Positions 1 to 10,812 are shown, counted from the first letter of the whole stretch. The stretch is 60,762 bases of DNA, filler included, from Candidatus Woesearchaeota archaeon (GCA_002685855.1; 4 parts of 4 records of this genome joined end to end with filler, not necessarily neighbours in it), one strand, 5' to 3'. The notes: a model not told the origin generated them from the sequence alone. Program-made: numbers and translations.

Positions 1-1
1 A

Positions 2-880
2 AAAAGAATCCTCGACCCCCTTCGATTCGCTGACAGACACAAAGAAGACATAGAACGAGTCATACTTCTCTCCTCTGCTGTCAACGCAGCCCTCACAAAA
101 CTCCCCTATCAGGGATGGTGGCCCTACCACGCAAACCTCTTCCAAGAACAAGAGCTCCCAGAAAGCTTTCTTGAAAGAGTAAGAAACGTATTCTCATCAG
201 AGGACCAATTCCGCAAACAAGCACACTCACTCATCCTCACAATAAAAAGCAACGATGTCGGCTACAACAACTTCGACCTTCCAAACCTCGTTCCAAATAA
301 AGATCCCCTAATCCCTCTCGACTCCCGAGCAGAATTCCAGTTCAAAGCAATCGTGCACTACGCATCAATTAAAGCTCACTCAACCCATCCTCAATTTCTC
401 CTTCTTCCTGAAGAACAACAGGAACTCATACAACAACTCGCAAAGACAGGAATAATCTTTGCAGCAAACCAACAAAACGCACTCCTAGACTACATCAAAA
501 TCACTCACGGCCTATCAAGAGAAGAACGAGAAACAGACAGAGAACTAAAAGAATATGATACTATTTATGGCGGCTATGAACGACCCACAATGAGACATAG
601 AAAACAAAAAAAATTCAAACAAAAACGTGCAATCTTCGAACAAAAATATGGCGGACAGTTCAGAGACATGAAACTACGCCTTGACGTAACCAGCCGAACA
701 AAACGAGCACGCGTAGAAAAAGGAGACCACTACATCCTCGACCTCAACAGCCCAGACACACTCCAAACACACTGTCTCTCCTTCCAACGACTCATCCACC
801 TCCTCCTCCAGGGATCACCAACATACGCAACACGATTCAGCTCATTCTACACACCACAATCAGCAAACGGACAAGTATAA
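2..880 (+). CDS. Hypothetical protein, 5'-truncated at the window edge
   Basis: The frame of the 353..880 ORF stays open back to position 2 (KRILDPLRFADRH...). Codon usage matches neighbours. No motif recognised. Confidence 0.75.
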   Translation, partial: KRILDPLRFADRHKEDIERVILLSSAVNAALTKLPYQGWWPYHANLFQEQELPESFLERVRNVFSSEDQFRKQAHSLILTIKSNDVGYNNFDLPNLVPNKDPLIPLDSRAEFQFKAIVHYASIKAHSTHPQFLLLPEEQQELIQQLAKTGIIFAANQQNALLDYIKITHGLSREERETDRELKEYDTIYGGYERPTMRHRKQKKFKQKRAIFEQKYGGQFRDMKLRLDVTSRTKRARVEKGDHYILDLNSPDTLQTHCLSFQRLIHLLLQGSPTYATRFSSFYTPQSANGQV

Positions 881-900
881 CAAAAAACCTCCCTCTCTAT

Positions 901-915
901 AAAAACCTTTAAATA
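901..915 (+). promoter_or_regulatory. Archaeal BRE/TATA promoter of proS, probably leaderless
   Basis: AAAAACC-TTTAAATA ends 22 nt before the proS ATG at 938. Confidence 0.6.
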
Positions 916-937
916 ACCCCCTCCACCTTCTTCCCCC

Positions 938-2389
938 ATGACAAAGGAATCAGGCAACAAATCCACACTAGGAATCACTGCAAATAAGAAAGACAACTTT
1001 AGCGACTGGTACACCCAGGTCATCCAAAAAGCAGAACTTATCGACTACAGCGACGTATCAGGCTGCATGGTATTAAGACCCTACAGCTATGAAATCTGGG
1101 AAACCATCGTAGCCTATCTCGATCCAAAATTCAAGGAAAAAGGAGTAAAAAACGCCTACTTTCCCCTCCTGATCCCGGAAAAACTCCTGAATAAAGAAAA
1201 AGACCATATCGAAGGATTTGCCCCAGAAGTCGCCTGGGTCACCCATGGAGGAAACAGTAAACTTCCTGAAAGGCTGGCAATCCGCCCAACATCTGAAACT
1301 ATCATGTACAACTCCTACGCAAAATGGATCAGAAGCTATCGCGATCTCCCATTGCTCATCAACCAATGGTGTAACGTTGTTAGATGGGAGTTCAAACATC
1401 CTGTCCCCTTCCTAAGAACACGAGAGTTCCTCTGGCAAGAAGGACACTGCGTCCACGCAACCCACGACGAATGCCACAAATTCGTACTAGAAATCCTGGA
1501 CATCTACGAAGAAATCTGCCATAACCTCCTCGCAATCCCTGTCTTCAAAGGAACAAAATCAGAAAAAGAAAAATTTGCAGGAGCACTCACAACAACAAGC
1601 ATAGAAACCTTCTTCCCAAACGGAAAAGCAATCCAGGTAGCAACCAGCCACAACCTCGGAGACCACTTTGCAAAAGCATTCAACGTCAAATTCATGGACA
1701 AAGACGAACAACTAAAACCTGCATGGCAAAACAGCTGGGGAATCACAACACGAAGCATCGGAATAATGATCGGAATGCACGGAGACAACAAAGGACTCAT
1801 CATCCCTCCAAAAATAGCCCCCATCCAGGCAGTCATCATCCCAATACACAACGACGAAAACAAAAAAGAAATACTAACAGCAGCAGAAAACCTAAAAAAA
1901 CAGCTCAAAGGAATACGCATCCATATTGACGACACAGACAACCGCCCTGGATGGAAATATAACCAATGGGAAATGAAAGGAGTCCCCATCCGCATAGAAC
2001 TCGGACCCAAAGACCTCGAAAAAAAATCAGCACTCGTGGTCAGAAGAGACACAGGAACAAAAGAACCCATCCCCCTCGAAAAGATCAAAGAACTCCTGGA
2101 ACAAAAACTCGAAGAAATCCAGGAAAACCTCTTCCAGATAGCAGACAAACGCATCAAAGAATCAGTACAGAACATAGAAACAAAAGAAGAATTCCTCCAA
2201 GTAATCAAAGAAAAAAAGATCGCATACGCACTCTGGTGCGGACAAAAAGACTGCGAAGAGATCCTAAAAGACGAATCAGGAGGAGCAAAAAGTTTAAACA
2301 TCCCCTTCAACCAGAAAAAACCAAACAAAAACTGCATCTTCTGCAACAAAGAAGCAGAATTCTACGCCTATTTTGCAAAAAGCTACTAG
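938..2389 (+). CDS. proS: Prolyl-tRNA synthetase, archaeal/eukaryotic type
   Basis: Motifs FSDWY, RPTSETIMY, NQWCNVVRWE, FLRTREFLWQEGH and SWGITTR; C-terminal Zn site WCG..C / CIFC; ends AKSY. Confidence 0.97.
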   Translation: MTKESGNKSTLGITANKKDNFSDWYTQVIQKAELIDYSDVSGCMVLRPYSYEIWETIVAYLDPKFKEKGVKNAYFPLLIPEKLLNKEKDHIEGFAPEVAWVTHGGNSKLPERLAIRPTSETIMYNSYAKWIRSYRDLPLLINQWCNVVRWEFKHPVPFLRTREFLWQEGHCVHATHDECHKFVLEILDIYEEICHNLLAIPVFKGTKSEKEKFAGALTTTSIETFFPNGKAIQVATSHNLGDHFAKAFNVKFMDKDEQLKPAWQNSWGITTRSIGIMIGMHGDNKGLIIPPKIAPIQAVIIPIHNDENKKEILTAAENLKKQLKGIRIHIDDTDNRPGWKYNQWEMKGVPIRIELGPKDLEKKSALVVRRDTGTKEPIPLEKIKELLEQKLEEIQENLFQIADKRIKESVQNIETKEEFLQVIKEKKIAYALWCGQKDCEEILKDESGGAKSLNIPFNQKKPNKNCIFCNKEAEFYAYFAKSY

Positions 2390-2396
2390 AAAACAA

Positions 2397-3431
2397 ATGC
2401 CCTCAACAAAACCCCTTCTTCACATAGACGGATCACAAGGAGAAGCAGGAGGACAAATCATCCGAACAGCGCTCGCACTTTCCGCAATAACAAACACCCC
2501 TTTCACAATAGAAAAAATAAGACACAACAGACCCAAACGCGGACTCAAAACACAACACCTTACCTGCGTTAGAGAACTCCAAAAACTCACAAATGCAACA
2601 GTAGAAGGAGCAACCCTTGGATCAGAAACACTCACATTCACCCCAACCCAAACAACCATTCCCAACGAACTAACAATCAACATCGGAACAGCAGGAAGCA
2701 TCACCCTCCTCCTCCAGGCACTTCTCCCTCTCATCATACACAAACAAAAACCCTGCACAATCCACATCAAAGGAGGAACAAACGTAGCCTGGAGCCCCCC
2801 CATCGACTACACAACCAACATCCTCTTCCCAACCCTAACTAATATCACAACAATCACAACTACCATCCGCAAACGAGGATGCTACCCTAAAGGAGGAGGC
2901 CACATAACCCTCACAACCCAACCCAAACAACCAAAACCCATCCTCCTCACAAAAAAAGGAAATCTCATCTCAATAACCGGACACAGCTTCGCCAGCAACC
3001 TCCTCAAAACAAAACACGTAGCAGAACGAACCGCAACAAAAGCAAAAAACACCCTAACAAAACAAGGACACAACACAATCATCAAAACAGAATACACAGA
3101 CACAGAAAGCCCCGGCAGCGGAATAACCCTCTGGGCAACCTACGAACACTGCATCATCGGAGCAGACACCATCGGAGAACGAGGAAAACCCGCAGAAAAA
3201 ATCGGAGAAGAAGCCGCAAACAAACTCATCACAACCATCAACACACACGCAACAACAGACCCCAACCTCACAGACCAACTCATCCCCTACCTCGCACTCT
3301 ACACAGGAACAATCACAACACCAAAACTAACAAACCACACAAAAACAAATATTGCCATAACAGAACAATTCCTCAAAAAAAAATTCATCATAAAAGAAGA
3401 AAACGAACTATACACTATTCTGATTCAATAA
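2397..3431 (+). CDS. rtcA: RNA 3'-terminal phosphate cyclase
   Basis: IDGSQGEAGGQIIRTAL, RGCYPKGGG, DQLIPY, and the catalytic His in TNHTKTN. Start moved to the ATG at 2397. Confidence 0.93.
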   Translation: MPSTKPLLHIDGSQGEAGGQIIRTALALSAITNTPFTIEKIRHNRPKRGLKTQHLTCVRELQKLTNATVEGATLGSETLTFTPTQTTIPNELTINIGTAGSITLLLQALLPLIIHKQKPCTIHIKGGTNVAWSPPIDYTTNILFPTLTNITTITTTIRKRGCYPKGGGHITLTTQPKQPKPILLTKKGNLISITGHSFASNLLKTKHVAERTATKAKNTLTKQGHNTIIKTEYTDTESPGSGITLWATYEHCIIGADTIGERGKPAEKIGEEAANKLITTINTHATTDPNLTDQLIPYLALYTGTITTPKLTNHTKTNIAITEQFLKKKFIIKEENELYTILIQ

Positions 3432-5138
3432 AGCCAAATGAATATCATCATACAACTCCCGAATACTATTATACACCACCGCCTTCTCTGTCGGATTCAA
3501 CTTTGAAGCATAAAACTTCTTCTTCAACTTCTGATAATCCTTTTTAGCACTATCCAACTTTCCATCCTGAACATGAGCATGACACTGGTCAATCAACTCA
3601 AAAAACTCAACATGCGGCTTACCCTCAGACTCATGAACCATAACAAATCCATCACCTTTCCTTGAAAGTTCTTTCAACTTCGCATCCAAATACACATGGA
3701 ATCCCGACTTTTCCAGCTCCTTCTTCTCCTTTTGAAGCAACTTCTCAGTCTTAGAAACATATGCAGAAAGTTTCTTCTCCTCAACTATCTCATCCCTAAT
3801 ACGTCGCTCCTGCGAATCCAAATCACGACGGAAATCAACAAGCTCATCCTCCCACTTCGAACTCTTTTCATCCCACTCCTTTAACTCATGCTCCTCCTCT
3901 TTCAAATGCAAACCTCTTTCTCTCAACGCATCCTTCTTTGCCTTAAAGTCCAGACGTAACTTTTCCTTTTCAACAGAAAACTTTTCCTTCTCCGCCTTCA
4001 CCTTCTCCTCCCAGCTCCTCTTCCTATTCTCAAAAGCAGCACGCTGTTTCTCAACACCCTTAACCTCACGCTCATACAAACTACGCAACCTTTTTGCGTC
4101 AGCATGATTCTTTTGCACAACACTTCTCTCAAGTGCAACAGCTGCCCGCTCCTTTTTCAATCCAAGCTTTCCTCGATCAACAGCCAACTCCTTTGCCTTC
4201 AACTTCTTCTCAAACTCTTCCAAACGTCTCCGCTCTTCATCAATCCACTTCCTCTCAAGACCAAACGCCTCCTTCCGCTTTTCCAATAGACCAATCAAAG
4301 CACGCTTATTTTTCACTATCTGCACATTCATCTTTTTCTTATGATCCTTCAATAGAAGAACAACACCCTTCTTATTCTTACCAAGTAAATCTAATAACTC
4401 CTTCTTCTTCACCCTGTTATCAGGACGAGAAATCTCCTTCTTCTTCTCCACCCGCAAATCCTCCTGCTTCTTACTCAGACTCGAAACAAACCTATCCATC
4501 TCTTCTCCCGCCTTCTCCCCTTCCTTTGCAACAAGCACCTTACCCTGTTCAACAACAGCATCCACATACGGCTTCTTTTTAGCAACAGGCACCTTTTTCA
4601 CAGTAACCTTCTTCTTAGCTACTTTTTTAACCAGAACGGCTTTCTTTGCAACAATCGCTTTCTCCTTCCTCACCACAACCTTCTTCTTGGCAGCCTTTTT
4701 TACAGAAACAGGTTTTTCCTTCTTTACATTCAGCAATCCTTCATCTTTAGAACCAACCACTCCCACAAGATCCTTACCTGCCTTCACCTTTGGAACCACA
4801 GGCTTTGCAACCTTCTTGACACCACTCTTCTTTTCCTTTGGTTTCTCAACCTCAACAACATCCTCAAACCGAGGTGGCGGAGGTGGAACATCATCAGGAA
4901 GCTCTTTAGCCTGTTCATACTTCTCCAAAACCTGCTTTATACTTCCAGAACCACCCTCGACAGAAGGCTCAAGCGGGACACTAATCTTAGGCTTATCAGA
5001 ACTATCCATATCATCCTTCAAACCAAGCTTTTTTCGAAGCTCCTGAATATCCAGATCCTTCTCTTCCTCTTTTTTAGGCTTTTTCCTGCTAAATAACCTA
5101 CTAAAAAAACCTTTTTTCTCTGGATTCTCCTCAGACAT
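3408..5138 (-). CDS. Lys/Glu-rich coiled-coil hypothetical protein
   Basis: 576-aa ORF: KKGFFSRLF start, K/A/V low-complexity tract, long heptad region, helical C-terminal domain. Confidence 0.8.
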   Translation of the reverse strand: MSEENPEKKGFFSRLFSRKKPKKEEEKDLDIQELRKKLGLKDDMDSSDKPKISVPLEPSVEGGSGSIKQVLEKYEQAKELPDDVPPPPPRFEDVVEVEKPKEKKSGVKKVAKPVVPKVKAGKDLVGVVGSKDEGLLNVKKEKPVSVKKAAKKKVVVRKEKAIVAKKAVLVKKVAKKKVTVKKVPVAKKKPYVDAVVEQGKVLVAKEGEKAGEEMDRFVSSLSKKQEDLRVEKKKEISRPDNRVKKKELLDLLGKNKKGVVLLLKDHKKKMNVQIVKNKRALIGLLEKRKEAFGLERKWIDEERRRLEEFEKKLKAKELAVDRGKLGLKKERAAVALERSVVQKNHADAKRLRSLYEREVKGVEKQRAAFENRKRSWEEKVKAEKEKFSVEKEKLRLDFKAKKDALRERGLHLKEEEHELKEWDEKSSKWEDELVDFRRDLDSQERRIRDEIVEEKKLSAYVSKTEKLLQKEKKELEKSGFHVYLDAKLKELSRKGDGFVMVHESEGKPHVEFFELIDQCHAHVQDGKLDSAKKDYQKLKKKFYASKLNPTEKAVVYNSIRELYDDIHLALLNQNSV

Positions 5139-5245
5139 TCCTCATCCTCTTTCCACTTACATCAATTTAAAGGTATAAAAAGCTTTTGTTTTCCCTCACC
5201 AATAAAAATCCAAAGAGTTAAAAACAGAAGCCACTAAAAAATCCC

Positions 5246-5635
5246 ATGAAAAAAAAGATCGTTTTCCCTGTCCAAGACCTTATCCAAACCCTGGACAGAC
5301 TCAATATCCGCATCAACAGAATAGAAAATCAATCAACAACCCAGGAACATGAAATCTATGAAAGAGATATGAACCTCCATGCCCTGAGAAACAAAAACAC
5401 CCAAAACCTCAACAGTCTCAAACACCAAATCACCTCAATAAACGACGAACTTCGCAACATCAACAGAACAATCCACGCAATAGGAATTCGTTTCAAAGAC
5501 AGTGCCAGAAAAGCACATGTAGACCGCGTCAGGGAAAGGATAGACTCCCTCAACTATGAATTCATAGAACAAAAAACTCCATACCCCCAACTCAGAGAAC
5601 AAACCACACCCAAACATTCAAAACAAAGAACCTAA
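5246..5635 (+). CDS. Hypothetical coiled-coil protein
   Basis: 129-aa ORF divergent from the 5138 gene across an AT-rich spacer with TATA-like boxes. Confidence 0.7.
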   Translation: MKKKIVFPVQDLIQTLDRLNIRINRIENQSTTQEHEIYERDMNLHALRNKNTQNLNSLKHQITSINDELRNINRTIHAIGIRFKDSARKAHVDRVRERIDSLNYEFIEQKTPYPQLREQTTPKHSKQRT

Positions 5636-6564
5636 TCAACAACCGCCTTCTTCTCAGGAGTCACAACAGCATTCAACGCAGCCAAAGCAACCTCAACCTG
5701 CTCATCCAAAGGCTCCCTTGTCGTCAACCTCTGCAAAGCAAGACCCGGAGCCATCAACGTCCGAACACTCCGCTTATGATAAAACCGCCCACCCAAACGA
5801 ATCAACTCATAAGAGATCCCAGCAATAAACGGCAAAAACAAGATCCGCAGCCCATACTTAGCCCAAAACCCAACATTCAACGGAATCACCATATACACCA
5901 CAGCACTTAACACCAAAACAAACAACAAAAAAGTCGTCCCACACCGAGGATGCAAAGTAGTAAACGACTGAGAATTCTCAACACTCAACGGCTTATCAGA
6001 CTCAAAATTATGTACTGCCTTATGCTCAGCCCCATGATACCCAAACAACCTCTTCACATCACTCATCCTCCCAATCAACCACAAATACAACACAAACAAC
6101 CCTACCTTAAAAAAACCATCAAAAAAATTAAACAGCGCATTAGAATCAGAAACCAACGGCTGAACCTTAGAAGCCAAAAACAAAGGAAGCAGCTTAAACA
6201 AAACCAACACCAACCCAATAGAAAGCAAGATAGTCAAAGCAAACTCCTTCCCACTCAACTTCTCCTCCTCCTTATCAATAGATTCATTCGCAGAATACTG
6301 CATCGTCTTAATACCCAGATGCAACATCTCCCCCATCATAATGATCCCACGTAAAAAAGGAATATTCAGCCACCTCTTCCTCTTTATCAAAGAAACATGC
6401 GCCTCCTTCTTCAAAGAAACAGACCCATCCTGCTTCCTAACTGCAGTAGCAATACTATCCTCAGACTTCATCATCACCCCTTCAATCACCGCCTGACCCC
6501 CCATCATAACCCGAGGACTATTAGCAAGAATCATAGGCAAGAGAACTTTCCATCTCATCATCAT
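5632..6564 (-). CDS. DUF1385 family membrane protein
   Basis: GGQAVIEGVMM, YHGAEHK, HPRCGTTF and LQRLTTREP. Start moved to the Met cluster near 6564 to avoid overlapping the next gene. Confidence 0.88.
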   Translation of the reverse strand: MMMRWKVLLPMILANSPRVMMGGQAVIEGVMMKSEDSIATAVRKQDGSVSLKKEAHVSLIKRKRWLNIPFLRGIIMMGEMLHLGIKTMQYSANESIDKEEEKLSGKEFALTILLSIGLVLVLFKLLPLFLASKVQPLVSDSNALFNFFDGFFKVGLFVLYLWLIGRMSDVKRLFGYHGAEHKAVHNFESDKPLSVENSQSFTTLHPRCGTTFLLFVLVLSAVVYMVIPLNVGFWAKYGLRILFLPFIAGISYELIRLGGRFYHKRSVRTLMAPGLALQRLTTREPLDEQVEVALAALNAVVTPEKKAVVD

Positions 6565-6607
6565 CGCAATACAAAAAGCATTTAAAAAGCTTTTCACCCA
6601 CAACCTC

Positions 6608-6898
6608 ATGAAACAGGAAATAACCAAAGAAAAACTCGAAAAATACTTCAACATCACAGAACAAGCACTCACCGAAGCAAAAAAAGCCCCTATCGTCGAC
6701 AAAGAAGCCCACGCAACAATCATAGACATGGCCATCCGCTATGTCAAAGATGCCCACTACTATAAAGAAAAAGAGGACTGGGTCACTGCCTTCGCAGCCC
6801 TCAACTATGCCCACGGATGGCTCGACTGCGGAGCAACCCTCCAACTCTTCAAAGTAACAAACAACAAGCTCTTCACCGTAGATGAGGCAGCCCCATGA
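6608..6898 (+). CDS. DUF357 family protein
   Basis: MAIRYVKDAHYY...AFAALNYAHGWLDCG signature. Confidence 0.85.
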   Translation: MKQEITKEKLEKYFNITEQALTEAKKAPIVDKEAHATIIDMAIRYVKDAHYYKEKEDWVTAFAALNYAHGWLDCGATLQLFKVTNNKLFTVDEAAP

Positions 6899-7377
6899 AA
6901 GAACTCTTCAAACAACTCCCACAAACACAAACTGCAGAAATCCTCCTCGACACCTGCGCATTCTACTACATCTTCCAACACCACCACGAAAAACAACTCC
7001 TCGAACTCCAAACAAAAAAAATAGTGGCCCTCACCTCCTTCAACATCGAAGAAATCCTCCACACCCTCCACCACATCGACAGCCACACCCGAAACAGAAT
7101 CAACCACCACCTCAAAAAAAACCCCCTCCCCATCCTCGAAATACCCATCCACCCCGGAAACAGAAAAGCAGAACAAACCTATGTAAACACAATAGACTCC
7201 CACCTCCTCAACCACATCCCCGACCCAAGCGACGCAGTCCTCATCGCAGCAGCACTCACCCTTTCAGCAAACGTCATCACCAAAGACAAACACCACCTCT
7301 TCACAGCAGAACTCAAAAACTACCTCTCCAACAAAAAAGTCCACATCTACAAAACTCTCCACGACCTTCAAACATAA
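6895..7377 (+). CDS. PIN-domain protein
   Basis: ILLDTC, FNIEE, DPSDAVLIAAA and ITKDKHH acidic PIN pattern; ATGA overlap with DUF357. Confidence 0.8.
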   Translation: MKELFKQLPQTQTAEILLDTCAFYYIFQHHHEKQLLELQTKKIVALTSFNIEEILHTLHHIDSHTRNRINHHLKKNPLPILEIPIHPGNRKAEQTYVNTIDSHLLNHIPDPSDAVLIAAALTLSANVITKDKHHLFTAELKNYLSNKKVHIYKTLHDLQT

Positions 7378-7405
7378 AAAAAATCACTCCCACAATCTCA
7401 AACCT

Positions 7406-8389
7406 TCATTTCCCAACTTTAGGATACGTACCACGCTTCATCAACACCTGATTCAAAGAAACAGCAACACCCTTCTCCTCCCCCACCATCTCCTCAGAAC
7501 TCATCCTCGAACTCCCAAGAGCGATCAACTCACCTTTCAACGTTAACAACGCAACCAGATCATCCTTCGCAATCCCTGACTCAACCTTCGCAATCCCAGG
7601 AACTTTCAACGAAGCCCCATGACAAACACTATCAACACCTGAATCCAAAACCCACACCTTCCCCAAATGCCCCACAGCCACCTCCACCGGCTGCACAATC
7701 CTCCTCAACGCATCCTCCTTCCCTTCCTTCTCAAACACAAATAAAGCATCCTTCAAATCATACAACGAAGCCAAACTCGATTCATCAAACGGACCTGCCT
7801 TTGTCCTCCGCAACTCAATCATATGTGCACCCACACCCAAATCCTCTCCTGCCTGATGCACCAACTTCCGAATATACGTCCCCCCCTGACACCCAACCCG
7901 AAACAACACATCCCTCTCCTGCATATCCAACACCTTCACATAATAAATCTGACGCATCCTCCACTGCCGCTTCACAGCACTTCGCACAGGCGGCAACTGC
8001 TTTAAACTTCCCACATATCCTGCTAAAACCCTCTCAACCCGCTCCCTTTCAACATCCTGATGAAGATGCATCACACACACATACTCCTTCCCTGCCGGCA
8101 GCAAAGCAGCAGCAATCCGCGTACCCCTCCCCAACGCCACAGGCAACACACCCGTAACCATCGGATCCAACGTCCCCGAATGCCCCGATTTCTTCAAACC
8201 CAGAACCTGCCGAACATAAGCCGATACCTGATGACTGCTCGGCCCAGCAGGTTTATCAATATTCACAATCCCAAAATCCAGAAGCTCAGGAATCCCTCTC
8301 TCAAACGGCCTTATTCCATACTCAGAAGAGCTCTCAGAATCCCTCTTTACCAAAACCTTCCTCTCTTTCAACTCAAACGGCAACTTCAT
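7406..8389 (-). CDS. cbf5: H/ACA RNA-guided pseudouridine synthase Cbf5 (TruB family)
   Basis: IDKPAGPSSHQV, GHSGTLDP with the catalytic Asp, QLPPVRSAVKR, GTYIRKL, C-terminal PUA domain. Confidence 0.95.
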   Translation of the reverse strand: MKLPFELKERKVLVKRDSESSSEYGIRPFERGIPELLDFGIVNIDKPAGPSSHQVSAYVRQVLGLKKSGHSGTLDPMVTGVLPVALGRGTRIAAALLPAGKEYVCVMHLHQDVERERVERVLAGYVGSLKQLPPVRSAVKRQWRMRQIYYVKVLDMQERDVLFRVGCQGGTYIRKLVHQAGEDLGVGAHMIELRRTKAGPFDESSLASLYDLKDALFVFEKEGKEDALRRIVQPVEVAVGHLGKVWVLDSGVDSVCHGASLKVPGIAKVESGIAKDDLVALLTLKGELIALGSSRMSSEEMVGEEKGVAVSLNQVLMKRGTYPKVGK

Positions 8390-8430
8390 CCAGCCAAGAA
8401 AACAAAACCACTTAAAAAGTTACTTCTCTC

Positions 8431-8829
8431 CTACAACCGCAACTGCTTATCAATCTCCCCTGCAATAACCTTCAAATCCCCAATCGCCCCCTTAATCTCA
8501 TCCTGCATATTCTGCACCAAATCCACCAAATTATTCACCTCAAGACGATACCTGTTCCCCTCACCCACCACCAACCCAAGCTCTCGCAACTTCTTCAAAT
8601 GATGTACCACTGTCCCACGCGACAGCCCAAGATCCTCAGCCAACTCATCACTCGTCATCCCACCCCGCTTCACACTCCGCAGCAACGTAATAAAAATCCG
8701 AAAACAGCTCTTATCCCGATCCCGCTGATTAAACAACCCAATACTCCCTCCAAACCACTGAAGTTTATCATTAATATTATCCCGTTCAGGTCGCTCCCTG
8801 CGAACAATCGTAATACGTGTAACTCTCAT
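8431..8829 (-). CDS. Winged-HTH (ArsR/TrmB-like) transcriptional regulator
   Basis: MTSDELAEDLGLSRGTVVHHLKKLRELGLV helix-turn-helix. Confidence 0.85.
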   Translation of the reverse strand: MRVTRITIVRRERPERDNINDKLQWFGGSIGLFNQRDRDKSCFRIFITLLRSVKRGGMTSDELAEDLGLSRGTVVHHLKKLRELGLVVGEGNRYRLEVNNLVDLVQNMQDEIKGAIGDLKVIAGEIDKQLRL

Positions 8830-9045
8830 ACATCAACAAAAAGTCTTCAACCTTAAAAAAGTTCTGCTTCACACACTATTTCCTCCCCTTTACATCTATT
8901 CTATTCTATCTTTTTCTCCTCCTTTCTTTTTAAAAAGCAATTACGAAACATTTAAATATGAGTTCAAATAGAATGATTCAGTATTCATAATTGTAAAAAG
9001 GGTGTGATAATAATTAAAATTCGTCTGGTAAGAGGTGTTATTCAT

Positions 9046-9145
9046 NNNNNNNNNNNNNNNNNNNNNNNNNNNNNNNNNNNNNNNNNNNNTTAATTAATTA
9101 ANNNNNNNNNNNNNNNNNNNNNNNNNNNNNNNNNNNNNNNNNNNN
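9046..9145. other. Artificial contig linker
   Basis: 44 N + TTAATTAATTAA (stops in all six frames) + 44 N. Confidence 0.98.
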
Positions 9146-9765
9146 AGATGAGCAGATAAGGGAATAAACTCTGCCTGCGAATAGTCTGATACAAACTGTG
9201 CAGTGGTCAGAAAGGGATCGGACTCACCAACATCCGAGAGCATATTGAGTGTTAACAGTGATTGAGAATTTGCAACCAACGTCGAGTTCTGTATTGTATA
9301 GGAATATTCTGTTGCCAGGTTCGCTGTTGGAAAGGCAGAGAGATAGTTTTTAAATATCTTATCAAGGAGGATCTTATAAGTATCTTTATGATCTTCTGGA
9401 AAACACTCTGTTTCATTCGTATTCCACAAAGGATAGATATACACCCCACACTGATAGATTCCTGTTCCATGTTCTGTTCCCTCTCCTTCAAGAAGACCTT
9501 GTTGAATCAATTCATCATATCCTTTATCTGCTGAAACCGCTAATGCGCTGTCAAGATAGGTATAGATCTGATGTTGATGCTCGAATACACGAAGGAGTGC
9601 ATCCTGCCGTTCCCCAAGCGGCCGTTCAAGCGCCTTCTTCTCCTGAGCATATTTCAGGCTGAACTGGACAAATGCAGCTACCAGAATGACAAAAGCTACT
9701 GCTACAATCCCTAAGGGAAGGATCGGAACATACCCTTTCTTATTTCTTTTTTTGGAACGGCGCAT
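9146..9765 (-). CDS. Pilin-like protein with class III signal peptide, 3'-truncated by contig end
   Basis: MRRSKKRNKKG|YVPILPLGIVAVAFVIL: basic leader, Gly, hydrophobic helix. Confidence 0.75.
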
Positions 9766-10306
9766 TTTCTTCTACTTTTTCTATACATACAACCAGGTTG
9801 ACAACATCCCCTGACAGGTACAAAGGTATCGGCTGGATGATAACAGTACTTGTTTCTAAATTATTCCTATCACACAAAGATTGTATTGCTCCTGCAAACC
9901 AGGGAATTGTTGATCCTGTTTTCCAGTGAGGACTTTGTTTTTCAAGCTCCTTTGTTGTAAAAAGGCTTGCCCAGTAATACTTACGACTACCCGGAAAATA
10001 AGTAGGGAAAAACTGGGTGTTGAACTTTTCTGAAAAAATCTGTCCATACTCAGGGTGGAGTTCTGCCTTGCTTATGACCTCTACAAGAGTTAGCTGTTCC
10101 CCCTTATGCATAAAGGGTTGATTGATGAATCCTTCAACTAAAAGGTGAGGAACATGATTATTAAATTTCTGTTCTATCATGTTCTGTTTTGATTTTCCTG
10201 TAAGAAAGAAGAGCATAAAGAAGATAAGAAAAACTCCCAGCCATAAAAACCAGATATAGAAGTCTATAAGAAATGACTGCCCTTTCCGGTTTTTTCTATG
10301 TTTCAT
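9740..10306 (-). CDS. Pilin-like protein with class III signal peptide
   Basis: MKHRKNRKG|QSFLIDFYIWFLWLGVFLIFF. Confidence 0.75.
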   Translation of the reverse strand: MKHRKNRKGQSFLIDFYIWFLWLGVFLIFFMLFFLTGKSKQNMIEQKFNNHVPHLLVEGFINQPFMHKGEQLTLVEVISKAELHPEYGQIFSEKFNTQFFPTYFPGSRKYYWASLFTTKELEKQSPHWKTGSTIPWFAGAIQSLCDRNNLETSTVIIQPIPLYLSGDVVNLVVCIEKVEENAPFQKKK

Positions 10307-10307
10307 C

Positions 10308-10811
10308 TTAATTTGGTGTAATCGCGCTCACTGTAAGCATCCCATTCCGTAATCCAGTTTCACTGCTGTAGCGTATGGGGATTTCCCATTCAGTTTTTTT
10401 AGCACTGCCCGATCCTCCTAGGCCTCCTGACGCAACCACATCCCATCGCTCATACCATTGTCCATTAATAAACCCCGCCTGTGTTCTGCCCTCGATCGGA
10501 AGAGAGAGCTTTGCTGCGATAATGCGGTCAAAATCAAAATGAAACACCTCATCCAGGTGCTCATTACTGATTCTCTCTGGATCTATAACACCGGGAGTTA
10601 CTCTCCCTGTCAGAGGATCCTTCCACAAAATACCGTGCGGATTATAGAGAATCTCTGTAATCAATAAATCCCGTTCCATACCCTGAGTGTTCAGGCTGTT
10701 TACGACAAAAAAAGAGAAGAGAAATGCTACACTTCCCAGCACAATTCCTGCAAAGAGAATACGCACTACTGTAATAAAGAAATATTTTGCATCTGCTCCT
10801 TTTCTGTTCAT
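10308..10811 (-). CDS. Pilin-like protein with class III signal peptide
   Basis: MNRKG|ADAKYFFITVVRILFAGIVL; 1-nt gaps to both neighbours. Confidence 0.72.
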   Translation of the reverse strand: MNRKGADAKYFFITVVRILFAGIVLGSVAFLFSFFVVNSLNTQGMERDLLITEILYNPHGILWKDPLTGRVTPGVIDPERISNEHLDEVFHFDFDRIIAAKLSLPIEGRTQAGFINGQWYERWDVVASGGLGGSGSAKKTEWEIPIRYSSETGLRNGMLTVSAITPN

Positions 10812-10812
10812 C

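Noticed and set aside
9046..9145. TTAATTAATTAA palindrome recurring three times (also at 17008-17107 and 41818-41917)
   Set aside because: Identical N44-12-N44 layout with stops in all six frames marks an artificial linker. The extension of the 9094..9765 ORF into it is spurious.
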